NCBI GenBank assembly: GCA_964035575.1
Contig: OZ037839.1
Location: 124,001-188,000 of the forward strand
DNA: 64,000 nucleotides
Direction of reading: 5' to 3'
Origin: Rhynchopus sp. YZ270_cl-10
Lineage: Eukaryota
Positions 52,901 to 64,000 of the stretch are shown in pieces (position 1 is the first letter of the stretch; each line of letters starts with the position of its first letter). The position numbers and the translations under genes were made by a program. The notes under the pieces are model-generated. The model saw nothing but the letters and a program-made list of their open reading frames with translations, was not told the DNA's origin and made no database searches.

Positions 52901-53740
52901 ACGTGTGTCCGGCGCCTCAGAAGCGTAAGGGACACAGGCAAACGACGACGACCATTCACCCTCGCCTGTCTCGTTCGTGCTGTTTCTTTGACACTGCAGA
53001 AAGCCCTGTGTTGCGTACCCAGGCTCGCACTCCACAGAGCACGCTTGTCCGACGTAAGAATTATTGCAGTCGTAACCAGGCAGCACGTGGTCAAGCAGGT
53101 GTGCAGGAGGCGACGAGCAACGTGAGCTTTGACCTGCGAAGGGCAGGTTCCAGTGCACCTCGCTCGACATCGCACAAGGCATGTGTGCTTCGTTTGCGTT
53201 CCACGTCGCGCTGAGTGGTTCTGAGCCGTTGCTGGGATTGCCGTCAAGCCACACCTCATGCACACCAAGGTTGTCTGTCTTCACAATTGCAGCATGCCAC
53301 GAGGAGAGTATGCCGCCAGGGTAGCACAGCTCGGGATAATCCTGGCCAACCCGAATCTCACCGAGAAGGGGAGTTGTGCCTGATTGGTAGCACACCACGC
53401 TGCTGCTGTTGGGGAAGGCCTGGCGATATGCACCGTCCAGATACAGGGAGATGTTATTGCAGGTTTGAAAGATGTTCGCAATGTTGTCCACAGTTCCCGG
53501 ATGTATTTTAAACAAGGTCCACGCTTTGCAGGACTGAAAGTCGGTTGTGCTGAGTGCCGCACCACTCACTGGGTCCACGACGTTGAGTACAGCCGTCGTG
53601 TCCGTCTCAGTGTGGGAGTGGAACGTCCCAAACCAGAGGGTGACGTAGCCAGGCTGCTCCTCTGAGTGTGAAGAGCACACCGTCATGATGTGTGCCTCCG
53701 TGCTTATACACAGCAGCGCTGCCAAGCATGCGCGCAGCAT
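49983..53740 (-). CDS. Paralog 8: signal peptide, unknown domain, sushi/CCP-like domain, 5 CUB-like domains and a 7-repeat WD40; ~1,252 aa if the 1-bp frameshift at ~52351 is corrected (otherwise a pseudogene)
   Basis: Two overlapping ORFs (53740-52241 and 52289-49983) join by restoring one G (CTG GAC AGT TAT AAC TAC CTG GAC = LDSYNYLD). Seven WD-like repeats from VAFSWDGRRVATGSADRFVRVFD to LLGHSQAV..FSPDGTRLATVSRDGTLVVWKL. Confidence 0.8.
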
Positions 53741-54129
53741 TGTCTTTTGTTGTGTCCACAGAATATCTGGTGTTGTGTTGTTGTGTAGTTGTTATACTCA
53801 AAACCGGAATCAGGATAGAAAACATAATAATATCCATTTGCCGTCACGGCAGACGCAAAGCCATTCAAAAACAACAGCAAGACTTGGGGTGTGAACAGAC
53901 GTGCTCAGAAAGAAGCTCTTCAAATGACTAGCAGGTGAGACTGCCGCACATCACGGCAGTTATCCACAGACCAGTACACAGTATTTGGTGGATCTGTCCG
54001 ACACAAGAAGTTGATCGTACGGAAGTAGACGAACACATTCGACAGATTTGGTAAACACCTCAGCAGAGGTTTTTTTACGGGGGGGTGGGGGGGGGGTTTC
54101 ACCCCCCCCCCCCTAGGCATACAGTACGT

Positions 54130-54300
54130 CCGAATCGGTTATCGGCCATTATCGGATTTCCCAAAAAAATCTGAAATTATCGGATCCGAATCGGCCATTA
54201 TCGGCCATTATCGGCCATTATCGGTCATTATCGGATGATTATCGGTCATTATCGGATGATTATCGGCTATTATCGGATGTCCGATAATCATCCGATAATG
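54130..54300. repeat. TTATCGG/CCGATAA short-motif array (subterminal-repeat-like)
   Basis: About 12 visible ATCGG motifs, switching orientation near 54280. Confidence 0.75.
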
Positions 54301-54420
54301 GGTCCTAACATGCTTGGAGAGCGGTAAAAGTGCAAATTTTGTCCTTTATTTGAAAGATTGGGACCCAACTTTCCTGAAGAAATAGTAAAATAAAAATACA
54401 AACACACTTGGGGTGGTGGT

Positions 54421-55512
54421 CACAGTACACAGTACACAGTACACAGTACACAGTACACAGTACACAGTACACAGTACACAGTACACAGTACACAGTACAC
54501 AGTACACAGTACACAGTACACAGTACACAGTACACAGTACACAGTACACAGTACACAGTACACAGTACACAGTACACAGTACACAGTACACAGTACACAG
54601 TACACAGTACACAGCATACTGTATACACAGTATACACAGTATACACAGTATACACAGTATACACAGTATACACAGTATACACAGTATACACAGTATACAC
54701 AGTATACACAGTATACACAGTATACACAGTATACACAGTATACACAGTATACACAGTATACACAGTATACACAGTATACACAGTATACACAGTATACACA
54801 GTATACACAGTATACACAGTATACACAGTATACACAGTATACACAGTATACACAGTATACACAGTATACACAGTATACACAGTATACACAGTATACACAG
54901 TATACACAGTATACACAGTATACACAGTATACACAGTATACACAGTATACACAGTATACACAGTATACACAGTATACACAGTATACACAGTATACACAGT
55001 ATACACAGTATACACAGTATACACAGTATACACAGTATACACAGTATACACAGTATACACAGTATACACAGTATACACAGTATACACAGTATACACAGTA
55101 TACACAGTATACACAGTATACACAGTATACACAGTATACACAGTATACACAGTATACACAGTATACACAGTATACACAGTATACAGTATACACAGTATAC
55201 ACAGTATACACAGTATACACAGTATACACAGTATACACAGTATACACAGTATACACAGTATACACAGTATACACAGTATACACAGTATACACAGTATACA
55301 CAGTATACACAGTATACACAGTATACACAGTATACACAGTATACACAGTATACACAGTATACACAGTATACACAGTATACACAGTATACACAGTATACAC
55401 AGTATACACAGTATACACAGTATACACAGTATACACAGTATACACAGTATACACAGTATACACAGTATACACAGTATACACAGTATACACAGTATACACA
55501 GTATACACAGTA
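54421..55512 (+). repeat. Compound satellite: (CACAGTA)n at 54421-54614, then (CACAGTATA)n at 54621-55512
   Basis: Visible 7-mer (~27 units) and 9-mer (~99 units) arrays, with one shortened unit near 55181. Confidence 0.98.
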
Positions 55513-56212
55513 CCTCACTCTCTCCACCTGCAGAGACAACCCCACTAAATTATTTCTGCCCAAAAACCGCTTTATTTGAAAGATTGGCCACAAAATCTTC
55601 TCAAAATCAAAAATCAAGCCCAGTGTAACAATAAATTTTTTCGATCGCACTTTAAACGGTGGATACTACTTCTCATTCCTGAATGGCCACCCAGCTAATT
55701 CCACTGGCGTGTCGACAGAAAAATTTGAGAGGCTGTATTCACACCGGAGGTAAGCACCTTTTGTCGTTACTCTTGTGTCTGCCTTGGAGGATTTTAATAG
55801 GCATGGTCATGACAGTAAGACAAAGCTGCGGGGCGACGTATGGCACTAAACTCAACTCGTAACCTTTTCGTTTATCAGACTGCACCTGTTAGTCTTAAGC
55901 GCTGCAAACCGTGCTCGATAAAAGATAGACACAGTTGCAACGTAACGTGAAGTTGTTGTAGACAACAATGCGCCCGAGGGTCGCAGGTTGCTAGTATAAA
56001 GGATAAGAGGACGACAGTACAGAATAGTCGCTAATATGTGTAAACTTAAGACCTCACAGGACGACTTCAAGCGACGAAAGGTGCGCTAAAATAGGAAGAA
56101 GTATTGAAAGATGATCCCAAGCCTCACGTGCCTAGTCACATCCAGAAGTAAAAATAAAAAATGGAGAAGAATTTCGCTTCAACCATTTTTTTTTTTTTTC
56201 TAATTATTTATT

Positions 56213-59172
56213 CACGGGTTGCCTACGATCGTAGTACGATCGTTTACGATCGTACCAAAAAACGATCGTAACGATCGAAAAATATCGTACTACGATCAAC
56301 TACGATCGTACTACGATCGTAAACGATCGTAGTACGATCGTAGTACGATCATTACGATCGTAGTACGATCGTAGTACGTTTGCCAAACGAAATAACGAAT
56401 ATCGCTTGAAATACCGTTCGATATTCCTTGCATGGTGTGCATGAAGCACACACAAGGTATATCAAACGATAATCAATCAGATAAAACGTTACATCATTGG
56501 AAAATTGTTGGCACCGCCCCCCTGTCTTCGTATTTATTACGTCGACAGGCCAAACAACGTTGGGCTCAGAAGAAGCAGTGCTAGACAGTCACTGGGGATC
56601 AACATGAGAACCAACTCCCAACAACACAGGCTACCGAAGTAGCAGGTGGGGTGTTGCGGGTGTTTGGGGTGAAAGAAAATCGATTTTGGTAAGTTCCAGC
56701 AGAAAATTCTTAAGTTTGCACTAGTCGAGAAGGGTTACCACTGCTCACCGAGCGGTGCACCCATTTAAGGGTGGAGAAGCGTGACACGCACATACAAGTA
56801 TGCACGTTACTTCAACAAAGGCTGAATTCTGGTAATTCTAAGGGATGTGAATTACAGCCACCACATGGTTGTCATTAGGTTACTACCTTCGTCGTAAACG
56901 TATACAAAGGTTTCGCCCCCTTCTCTTTCATGCAAACTTAAGAAAATCCTGAAGTAACTACAACCTGGCGTGCGGGTACAGATGCATTGCTTTGTTCTTT
57001 CCTCAAAGTCATGTGTGATCTCTCGGGTCTGTACTAAAGTCAGTGTTTAGATAAGCATCCACTTGACTCGTTCTAACAACCGTTGAAATCTAGAACAAAA
57101 CAATACACTGCCCCTTCTCACACCAAGCCGCCATGCTTCAAGAGCATGCCCTGGGCAAAAATTACTGTGACAAAATTAGTTTTCTGGGGGAACGCAATAT
57201 TTTATTGTGCCCAGTCCTCCGCAAGCAGAGGACAGACTTTCCGGATCCCGAAGTCGAATTTCTTGCACTAGCTATGCTCCCTGGGTTAATGGCTATAGCA
57301 GTGACTGACAGAGTGTTCCCACTCCCCTTTCCACCCCATATGTTCGCTCGTTCTGCACAGTTGGTTCTCGATGTTGCACTCGCGATACCTGTTTAAAAGT
57401 GAAGTTGTGAGTGGTGGGGAATTTAAAGAAGGTGATTTCTTTAAAAAATAAGTTGGCCTGAGGGTGTAAAATATTGTTATGGAGACTTTTTGGAGGAAAT
57501 ACGAGTCGACGGCCTTATTTTGTTGAATATTCACCAGAAAGTTAAACATATTTACATACCTTGTCTTGCGCCTTCGCTGCTGTCAAGGTGCCTTCTCTGG
57601 GTACCCAGTACCCAGTACCCATAATACCCAAAATAATTTAGGATAATACCCACTGGGTATTATCCTTTTTTTTATTTGTTTCAATACTCCAAGGCAGGGA
57701 TTTTTCTAATTCTGGATTGGGATTGGGATTTCGGAAAAATAAAAAAATTCCCTGAAAAAAATTCCCTGTTTTTCCCTACAGCAATTTCAGGTATATTCTA
57801 CTCCACCCCACCCCCAGAGAGTTTCGCCTGTGGGATGCGATCGATCAACGCGATCAAATAAAGCGAAAAAGGGGAAAAGGAAAAAAAAAAAGTCCCGGAT
57901 TTTTGAGGAAAAAATTGGCTCTGCAGGCGGTTGCTGTAGTTGTGGGTGCGGATGTTCACGTCAGTTGCAGGCAAGCATCCAGCATCAGAGACATTTGAGG
58001 TTGTGCACAAGTAGAAGGAGAAGACGTGTCAATCGCATTCAATTATGAGGGTTGGAAGACGGAGGAGATCTCAAATGTTGCGTACCGTGGCTTCGCCAGG
58101 AACCTTTGGGTGCCATGACTGCCGTTTCTTTCATAAATGTACCGAGGTTACTGATAAGGCTGACACACTACGGATTGTGGTTCACCCCTCCCCACCGCAT
58201 CAGAGGGGAGAAAGCGCCACGCCTCCCTGCACTGGCAGGGAGTCGCGCGCGCGAAGCGCGCGCAGCGACCGCTTTTACGGGGGGAAAGCTCGGGACCCCA
58301 AATGACCCCGGCGAGAGCCCTGACGACATATCGGGAAAAATTTTTTTCCCCCCCACAAAAAAGTCAAAAAACAGCCCAAAAACAAAACCAAAAAAACAGG
58401 GAATTTTTTGGATTGGGATTTCGGAATTTGGCCAAAAGGGACGGATTTAGAGATATCCTTGCTCCAAGGAATTTGCTAAGGAAAAGTCGATATTGTGCAG
58501 TAGTGCATATGGTTTACCCCCAGATCGTCAAAACACCCGATTTTTGCGTTTTTTTGCACTTTTTGGTGCCCAAAAACCCAACTCAGGGGTCGAAATTTTC
58601 CCGAAAAAAAAAATTTTTTTTTTGAGATTTTTCGATTTTTTGACAAGGCGCTGGCCCATACAAAATGCACTGGTGGTACAGAAAATGACTGGGGAATTAA
58701 CTCTAGATGCTCAAAACAGCCCAATTCTTGCTTTTTTTGACTTTTTGGTCCCAGAAGGGTACCTAGGGTGTAGTGAGCAGGCCTCAAAACACTTGTGAAA
58801 AAAAAATTGGGATTTTTTTTGAGATTTTTTCAAAAATCGACTTGTCTTTGGTAAAAATCACGAAATTTTGGGTTCGCGGAACCGCGTTTTAGACCCCCCT
58901 AGATGCTCAAAAGTGCCAAATTTTGCTTTTAATGGCCTCAAATCGTCGAAATTAGCCCTATATAGGGGCAAAAAAAAAAAATTCGAGGGTCTAGGTATGG
59001 AGAGCGAGCACCTTAGAAGGAGGATCGTACGATCATAGTACGATCGTACGATCATAATACGATCGTAAGTACGATCGTACTACGATCGTACTTTGATCGT
59101 AGTACGATCGTAGTGCGATCAAAAAAGAGCTACGATCGTAAGAGATCGTACTACGATCGTAGGCAACCCGTG
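56213..59172. mobile_element. Non-autonomous TIR DNA transposon, copy 2 (CACGGGTTGCC termini, 6-bp TSD TTTATT), opposite orientation to copy 1
   Basis: TTTATT at 56207-56212 and 59173-59178. TACGATCGTA subterminal arrays at both ends. Confidence 0.92.
57695..58461. mobile_element. Nested hAT-like MITE (imperfect ~15-bp TIR CAGGGATTTTTCTAA, 8-bp TSD CTCCAAGG)
   Basis: TSD at 57687-57694 and 58462-58469. The empty site is present, reversed, at ~41240-41262. An 8-bp TSD with CAGGG termini is typical of hAT. Confidence 0.88.
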
Positions 59173-59517
59173 TTTATTTGAAACGCAGAGTTTGTTTTGG
59201 CCCCGTCTGTGAGTGTTGGTTGAATTGGAGTCGGGGAGCAGAGGTTGGGGAGAAAAGAGAGAGAGGAAACAAATACAAGACTATCGAATTATACACACGA
59301 ATTCATCCTTCGATTCCAAAAAGGTCCGATCCTTACAGTTTGTATTATTTCCTAACAACCACTCCGTTACACTGCGTTGTTGTCTGCAAAAATAATAAAA
59401 CCTACATCCTCGAAACTTTTCTACACAAATGATTTCATTGAACGCATCCTCCAGGACCCTAAGGACCCTGAGGGACGCTGCGCGAACAAAACATACCCCC
59501 CACCCGATCGCCGACCT

Positions 59518-60358
59518 AAACGGCAAGTACACAAACAAAAGATGAACACAGAACAAAGAGGAATCCTGAACCTTGTAACGACCGCCAAAGGCCAAATACC
59601 GCCAGTGTGAACCTTTATAAGGACCTCCGAAACTACGGGCTCTTGTCCTCACATCTCGGGAGGAGTCCGCCTTTTTAACCACCGGGAGCCGAAGCCCATT
59701 TGGCGTCAACAGGATTCGTAAGTCGTAGTCTCTCCCGTCTCCGTAAATCAACCCTTGCTACGAAAGGCTTCCTATGTACGATGAACAGAGAGCGGGAAAG
59801 CTTCACTACGGAGTTGTGTGCTATGAGCCTGTACTGTATGCCGCGTGCTAGTAGGCTACTCCAACAAGAGTACCGGCACGGTGATGAGAGGCAAATAGTA
59901 ACAGTACACCAAAGGTTGCAACTGCGAATAACTAGGCTATAACAAACGGCAAGTACACAAACAAAAGATGAACACAGAACAAAAGAGGAATCCTGAACCT
60001 TGTAACGACCGCCAAAGGCCAAATCCCATCAGTGTGAACCTTTATAAGGACCTCCGAAACTACGGGCTCTTGTCCTCACATCTCGGGAAGAGTCCGCCTT
60101 TTTAACCACCGGGAGCCGAAGCCCATTTGGCGTCAACAGGATTCGTAAGTCCCGTCCGTAAATCAACCCTTGCTACGAAAGGCTTCCTATGTACGATGAA
60201 CAGAGAGCGGGAGAGCTTCACTACGGAGTTGTGTGCTATGATCCTGTACTGTATGCCGCGTGCTAGTAGGCTACTCCAACAAGAGTACCGGCACGGTGAT
60301 GAGAGGCAAATAGTAACAGCACACCAAAGGTTGCTACTGTGAATAACTAGGCTATAAC
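59518..60358 (+). repeat. Tandem duplication of a ~420-bp unit (59518-59943 and 59944-60358)
   Basis: Both copies start AAACGGCAAGTACACAAAC and end ACTAGGCTATAAC, with few substitutions and small indels. Confidence 0.93.
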
Positions 60359-63300
60359 AGAGTCACTGAGAGCGACCAGCACGAATAGACACCACTGTGG
60401 GCCTCAGCAGTGAGACGTACAGCTTGAAACGGTGCGAAGTGCCAGAGAGCGAATTAATAGGCAACATTGGCCACAGTATGTAACGTGTTTTCTTTCCTCT
60501 CTTCAAGAAAAGCTCTTTATTTATTAAGTTTTGGTTGAGACACATCAATGGTGTCGGGTCTGTGAAGTCACTGAACTATCCAAATATTGAATTATATCGT
60601 TAATTATTCGTACCCTGCGTTGACCTGACTGCAGGGGAGTTCGCGAACTATCACGACCAGGAATTTTAAAAAAAAAAGATGAAAGCAGAGAGTTAAGAGG
60701 GGAAGAATAGCAAAAAACGATGTAAGACAAAGGTTTTACCTGACCAGTGGATTCTCCTGCGTCAGTTTACTCTTTCACAGAACCAAGCAGTGAGACGTAA
60801 CTAGCGAACGGTGCTCCCTCTTTGCCATAATTGTGCACTAAATAGGTAGCAACAGTGCGCGTTGGAGACGGGTCCACCCAATAGTACAGTTCCACTCATG
60901 GAAAATAAAACTGCACTTCTACGTACAGCTTTGCATTTGTCTCTGAGCTAGCGGTGACCTGCATATTCCCAAACTCGTGTCACACTGCTTTACCCTATTT
61001 CGCTCTTATTGTCCAGAATCACTGTTCTTGCTGTAACGACCATTCCCCCACTCAGAGAGGTCGGCCCGACGATCCAGTGCACGAGACCACAGGCCAGAGG
61101 CTCTGGGCCCGATAGGCTAGAGAAATCGTAGACGTCGGTAAATATGTAGTATGGCTCGGAGGGGTCGCGACGCTTCTCCTGTGGTGGGGAGTGGTTAGAG
61201 TAATAAGGGAATAAAACGCATCAGAGAGTAGTGAACTGTATGCACAATAGTCTGGAACAGCGCGCTCACCGGCCGCCAACGCGGGATACAAAAGACGCAC
61301 CAGCAGTGCTCCATCCCGGCAGCAAATAGAAAGAAGAGTGTATAAAATGACCCTAAACCTCTCGTGCTTAGCCACCTTATCGCGGAGCAACATTTTGCGC
61401 AGGCCTCCACAAGTATAAGTCCCACACAACTATAAGTCCGGGTGCGCCAATGGATCAGAGGAAGACAACAGCGCTCCAACCACAAATAGATGCTCCCTGT
61501 GTGTGATAGGGGACCACATGTGGAACAAGTACAATACAATGATTGAAGGCACTCAAGTCACCCTTACGCATGTCACTAGCGTCCGACAATGAGGAGGCCT
61601 TTGAACTGTAAAAATATTAAATATGATGATATGAACTAAAGTCTCTTCTGCTAAAATGACATTGATATAATATACAAGTATGAAACAAACATGACGGAAC
61701 CCAAACGTGAACCTAGTCCTCGAATACCGGGGAACCATGTGTCATTATCGCAACTCTGCGACACTACCGCGAGCTCGCACGCATCACTGAAACAGATACG
61801 GTTGCACAGCATGCCACCGCTGAACAGATGAATACATGAGAGCTGCGGCAGCATAAAGTACAGATCGGTTCTGCCCTCGGACTGTAAAAAAGGCGTTGGT
61901 AACCTGAAGGTATCTGGTGTCCTGCTCCTGAGACGCTTCAACCCAGATGGGGGTGAAAAGCAACGTCGTTACGCCGCAGATTTTGTACTGAGTCCGCACA
62001 TCATTAGGTGTATCGGGGAACCCCTGAGAGGTACACATCACGGTGGTGGGCAGTACTGAGGCGGCCTGGTCTGCACACCCCAACAAAAACGATCACCATC
62101 TCGTTCCCGAATAAACGTTGCAAGCAATGCGTACAAAAGAACCGCTGTGAAGAGCACAGAAAGTCCTCAACCCCATAGACGCTAAACGTGCCGTAGACAA
62201 GCCAGTCCAAGACGGAGAAGCCTCCACTGAAGCACCACGCAGGACACGTACAGAACGGCCTCGTGCTATGCTACGATACAGAGGCCAGGATGGCTGGAAA
62301 CATAGAGATCGTCTTTGCCACCGTCAGGGTTAGACACAGTTCCTCAAAACACAGATAAGTGCTCGAGAGAGTCGCCTGCCCACGCAGGATTCTGTTTGCA
62401 CCACCGCACTGCGGACGACCCCCAGCTCTCGTTCAGGTGTAGTCGACAACTCCTCCCTCTGCGCGGAACAAGCAACTCGGTGGACACTGAAGACTTCACT
62501 GTCGCGCAAGGGGAGACGACTGAGTTCGAAAGACCGATGCTGCAACGGGCGAAAAATAACCGTATTCAGTGTCCTCTTAAAGGACGGGCAATTTCCCAAG
62601 GAAGGTGCAGTACCGTCTGACAACATCGGCACTATCTTAGCTGGAAACACGAAACACGCGGCGCTGCTTAACACGCACGCCTCGGGAAACCTTGTGGAGA
62701 TGACGCAGATCAGCGACGATGCGTTTCACCGTACGCGCGTTTGCGTCGAACCCGATGAGACGTTCAATGATCAGAGCTAAACGCCTGGGACGGGGACCAC
62801 TAAGACTTCCCCAGAGCCGTTCATCGATGGCTAGCTCGTTGGTTTGTCTGGGCGAAGAAAACGATGCCGACTACCCCGAGAACCCTCCATCTGGAAACAC
62901 GACAAGCAGCGAAGGCCGTATCGTGCTCATCTGTGACGACACGTCTGGGTGCGCATCTCTGCTGCAACGGAAGGGTGACAGTCCCTTTGCAGATGTGACG
63001 GCAATGTTTTTAAATACACCGTACCATACGACACTCTCAGAAGGGGAGGCGTAGGACGTATGCTGACATTAGGAAGCCCTCTCTTGGTACTGTATGCCGC
63101 TGCCATCTGCTAGAGACACCACCCACTGCCACTCATAGGCATCTCGGCCTCAGGGACACCCTAACCCCCCGTATACATCGGAGACGAAGGCGCACAATGC
63201 GATCGGCAAACGTGAGCAGCGGAGCAAATCCCCAGTACAGAGTTGATGCCTGTTCCATATGTGTCTGCACTTTCATAGTGCAGCGCGCAGAAACCCCGTG

Positions 63301-63514
63301 TAGCGAAGTCCACCGTGCAGAGGCATGTCTTCAATCACAACCAAAGCAGATGCGTAACTGGTGCTCCAGGAGGGGCCGATATTGACAGGTCGCTGACAGG
63401 TCGTTGCCATAGGGGAGGGTCATTTTTTAACGGCCCTTAGCGATTTTTTGGTGGGGCACACACACAGACACACAGTGGCCCATACGGACCCTCAGGGTAC
63501 ACGAAGTAACGGGT

Positions 63515-63960
63515 GGTACATGTGGTATTACATGTAACTTTTGTTACATGTGGTACAGGTGGCGAAATCAGGTAGTGGTACAATGGTTTTGGGGGTGGTT
63601 CTGGGCAGCTTTCGGCGGTGATTTCTGGTAAGACCTAAAAAATCCTCAAAAATCGTTGTGAAAATTATGGTGGGTGGGTTTTTTACACATCGACACATGT
63701 AACATGATCACATGTACATGTAACTGTTACATTACATGTGAAGTTACATGTCATTTACGTAACGGTTTTCACATGTAACATTCCATGTAATGTAACTTAC
63801 TTCACCGCCGTGTGCTCCCCAAACCCCGCGCGGACCCTACACGACGGTGAAGTAAACTGACATGTGCCACCTAAAAATGACATGTACTTAACAGGTCATT
63901 TCACCTGTGGCACATGTCACTTTACATGTCAAATGACATGTGGCTAACATGTAAAAAAAG
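63515..63960. repeat. ACATGT/GTAAC-motif-rich array, probably a transposon subterminal region cut by the window edge
   Basis: Many ACATGT palindromes and a short inverted repeat at ~63797-63856. Confidence 0.6.
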
Positions 63961-64000
63961 TTACGCGTAAATCACAATGTAAGGGGACAATGGGATATAC

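Noticed and set aside
1..64000. rRNA, tRNA or spliced-leader RNA genes
   Set aside because: No convincing cloverleaf or conserved signature was recognised by eye; a covariance-model scan is needed to exclude them.

Overview
Eukaryotic, repeat-rich genomic DNA: it has a GT-AG intron, microsatellites and nested DNA transposons, and no prokaryotic operon features. A protist such as a diplonemid is a guess from protein style only. The centre of the window is a minus-strand cluster of eight paralogous genes built from tandem CUB-like domains. Seven encode type I membrane proteins (signal peptide, 3 CUB-like domains, Pro/Thr stalk, Cys-rich/EGF-like region, TM helix, short spliced tail ending -ETV). 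Five of those appear identical within a 4,870-bp tandem amplification whose unit also carries a dead DIRS-type RT/RNase H remnant. The eighth has an unknown N-terminal domain, a sushi-like domain and five CUB-like domains, fused without a TM helix to a 7-blade WD40 propeller, and it has one frameshift. Across 13 distinct CUB-like sequences the framework is conserved while four loops vary strongly in sequence and length and are rich in Tyr/Ser/Gly/Asn/Arg/Asp. This resembles an antibody-like variable receptor repertoire diversified by loop mutation, domain shuffling and copy-number change. Flanks hold non-autonomous TIR elements with readable TSDs (two families with 6-bp TSDs, one hAT-like 8-bp, one foldback element with a likely TA TSD), CAGTA-core satellites and dispersed repeats. 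All comparisons were made by eye; no database search was possible.
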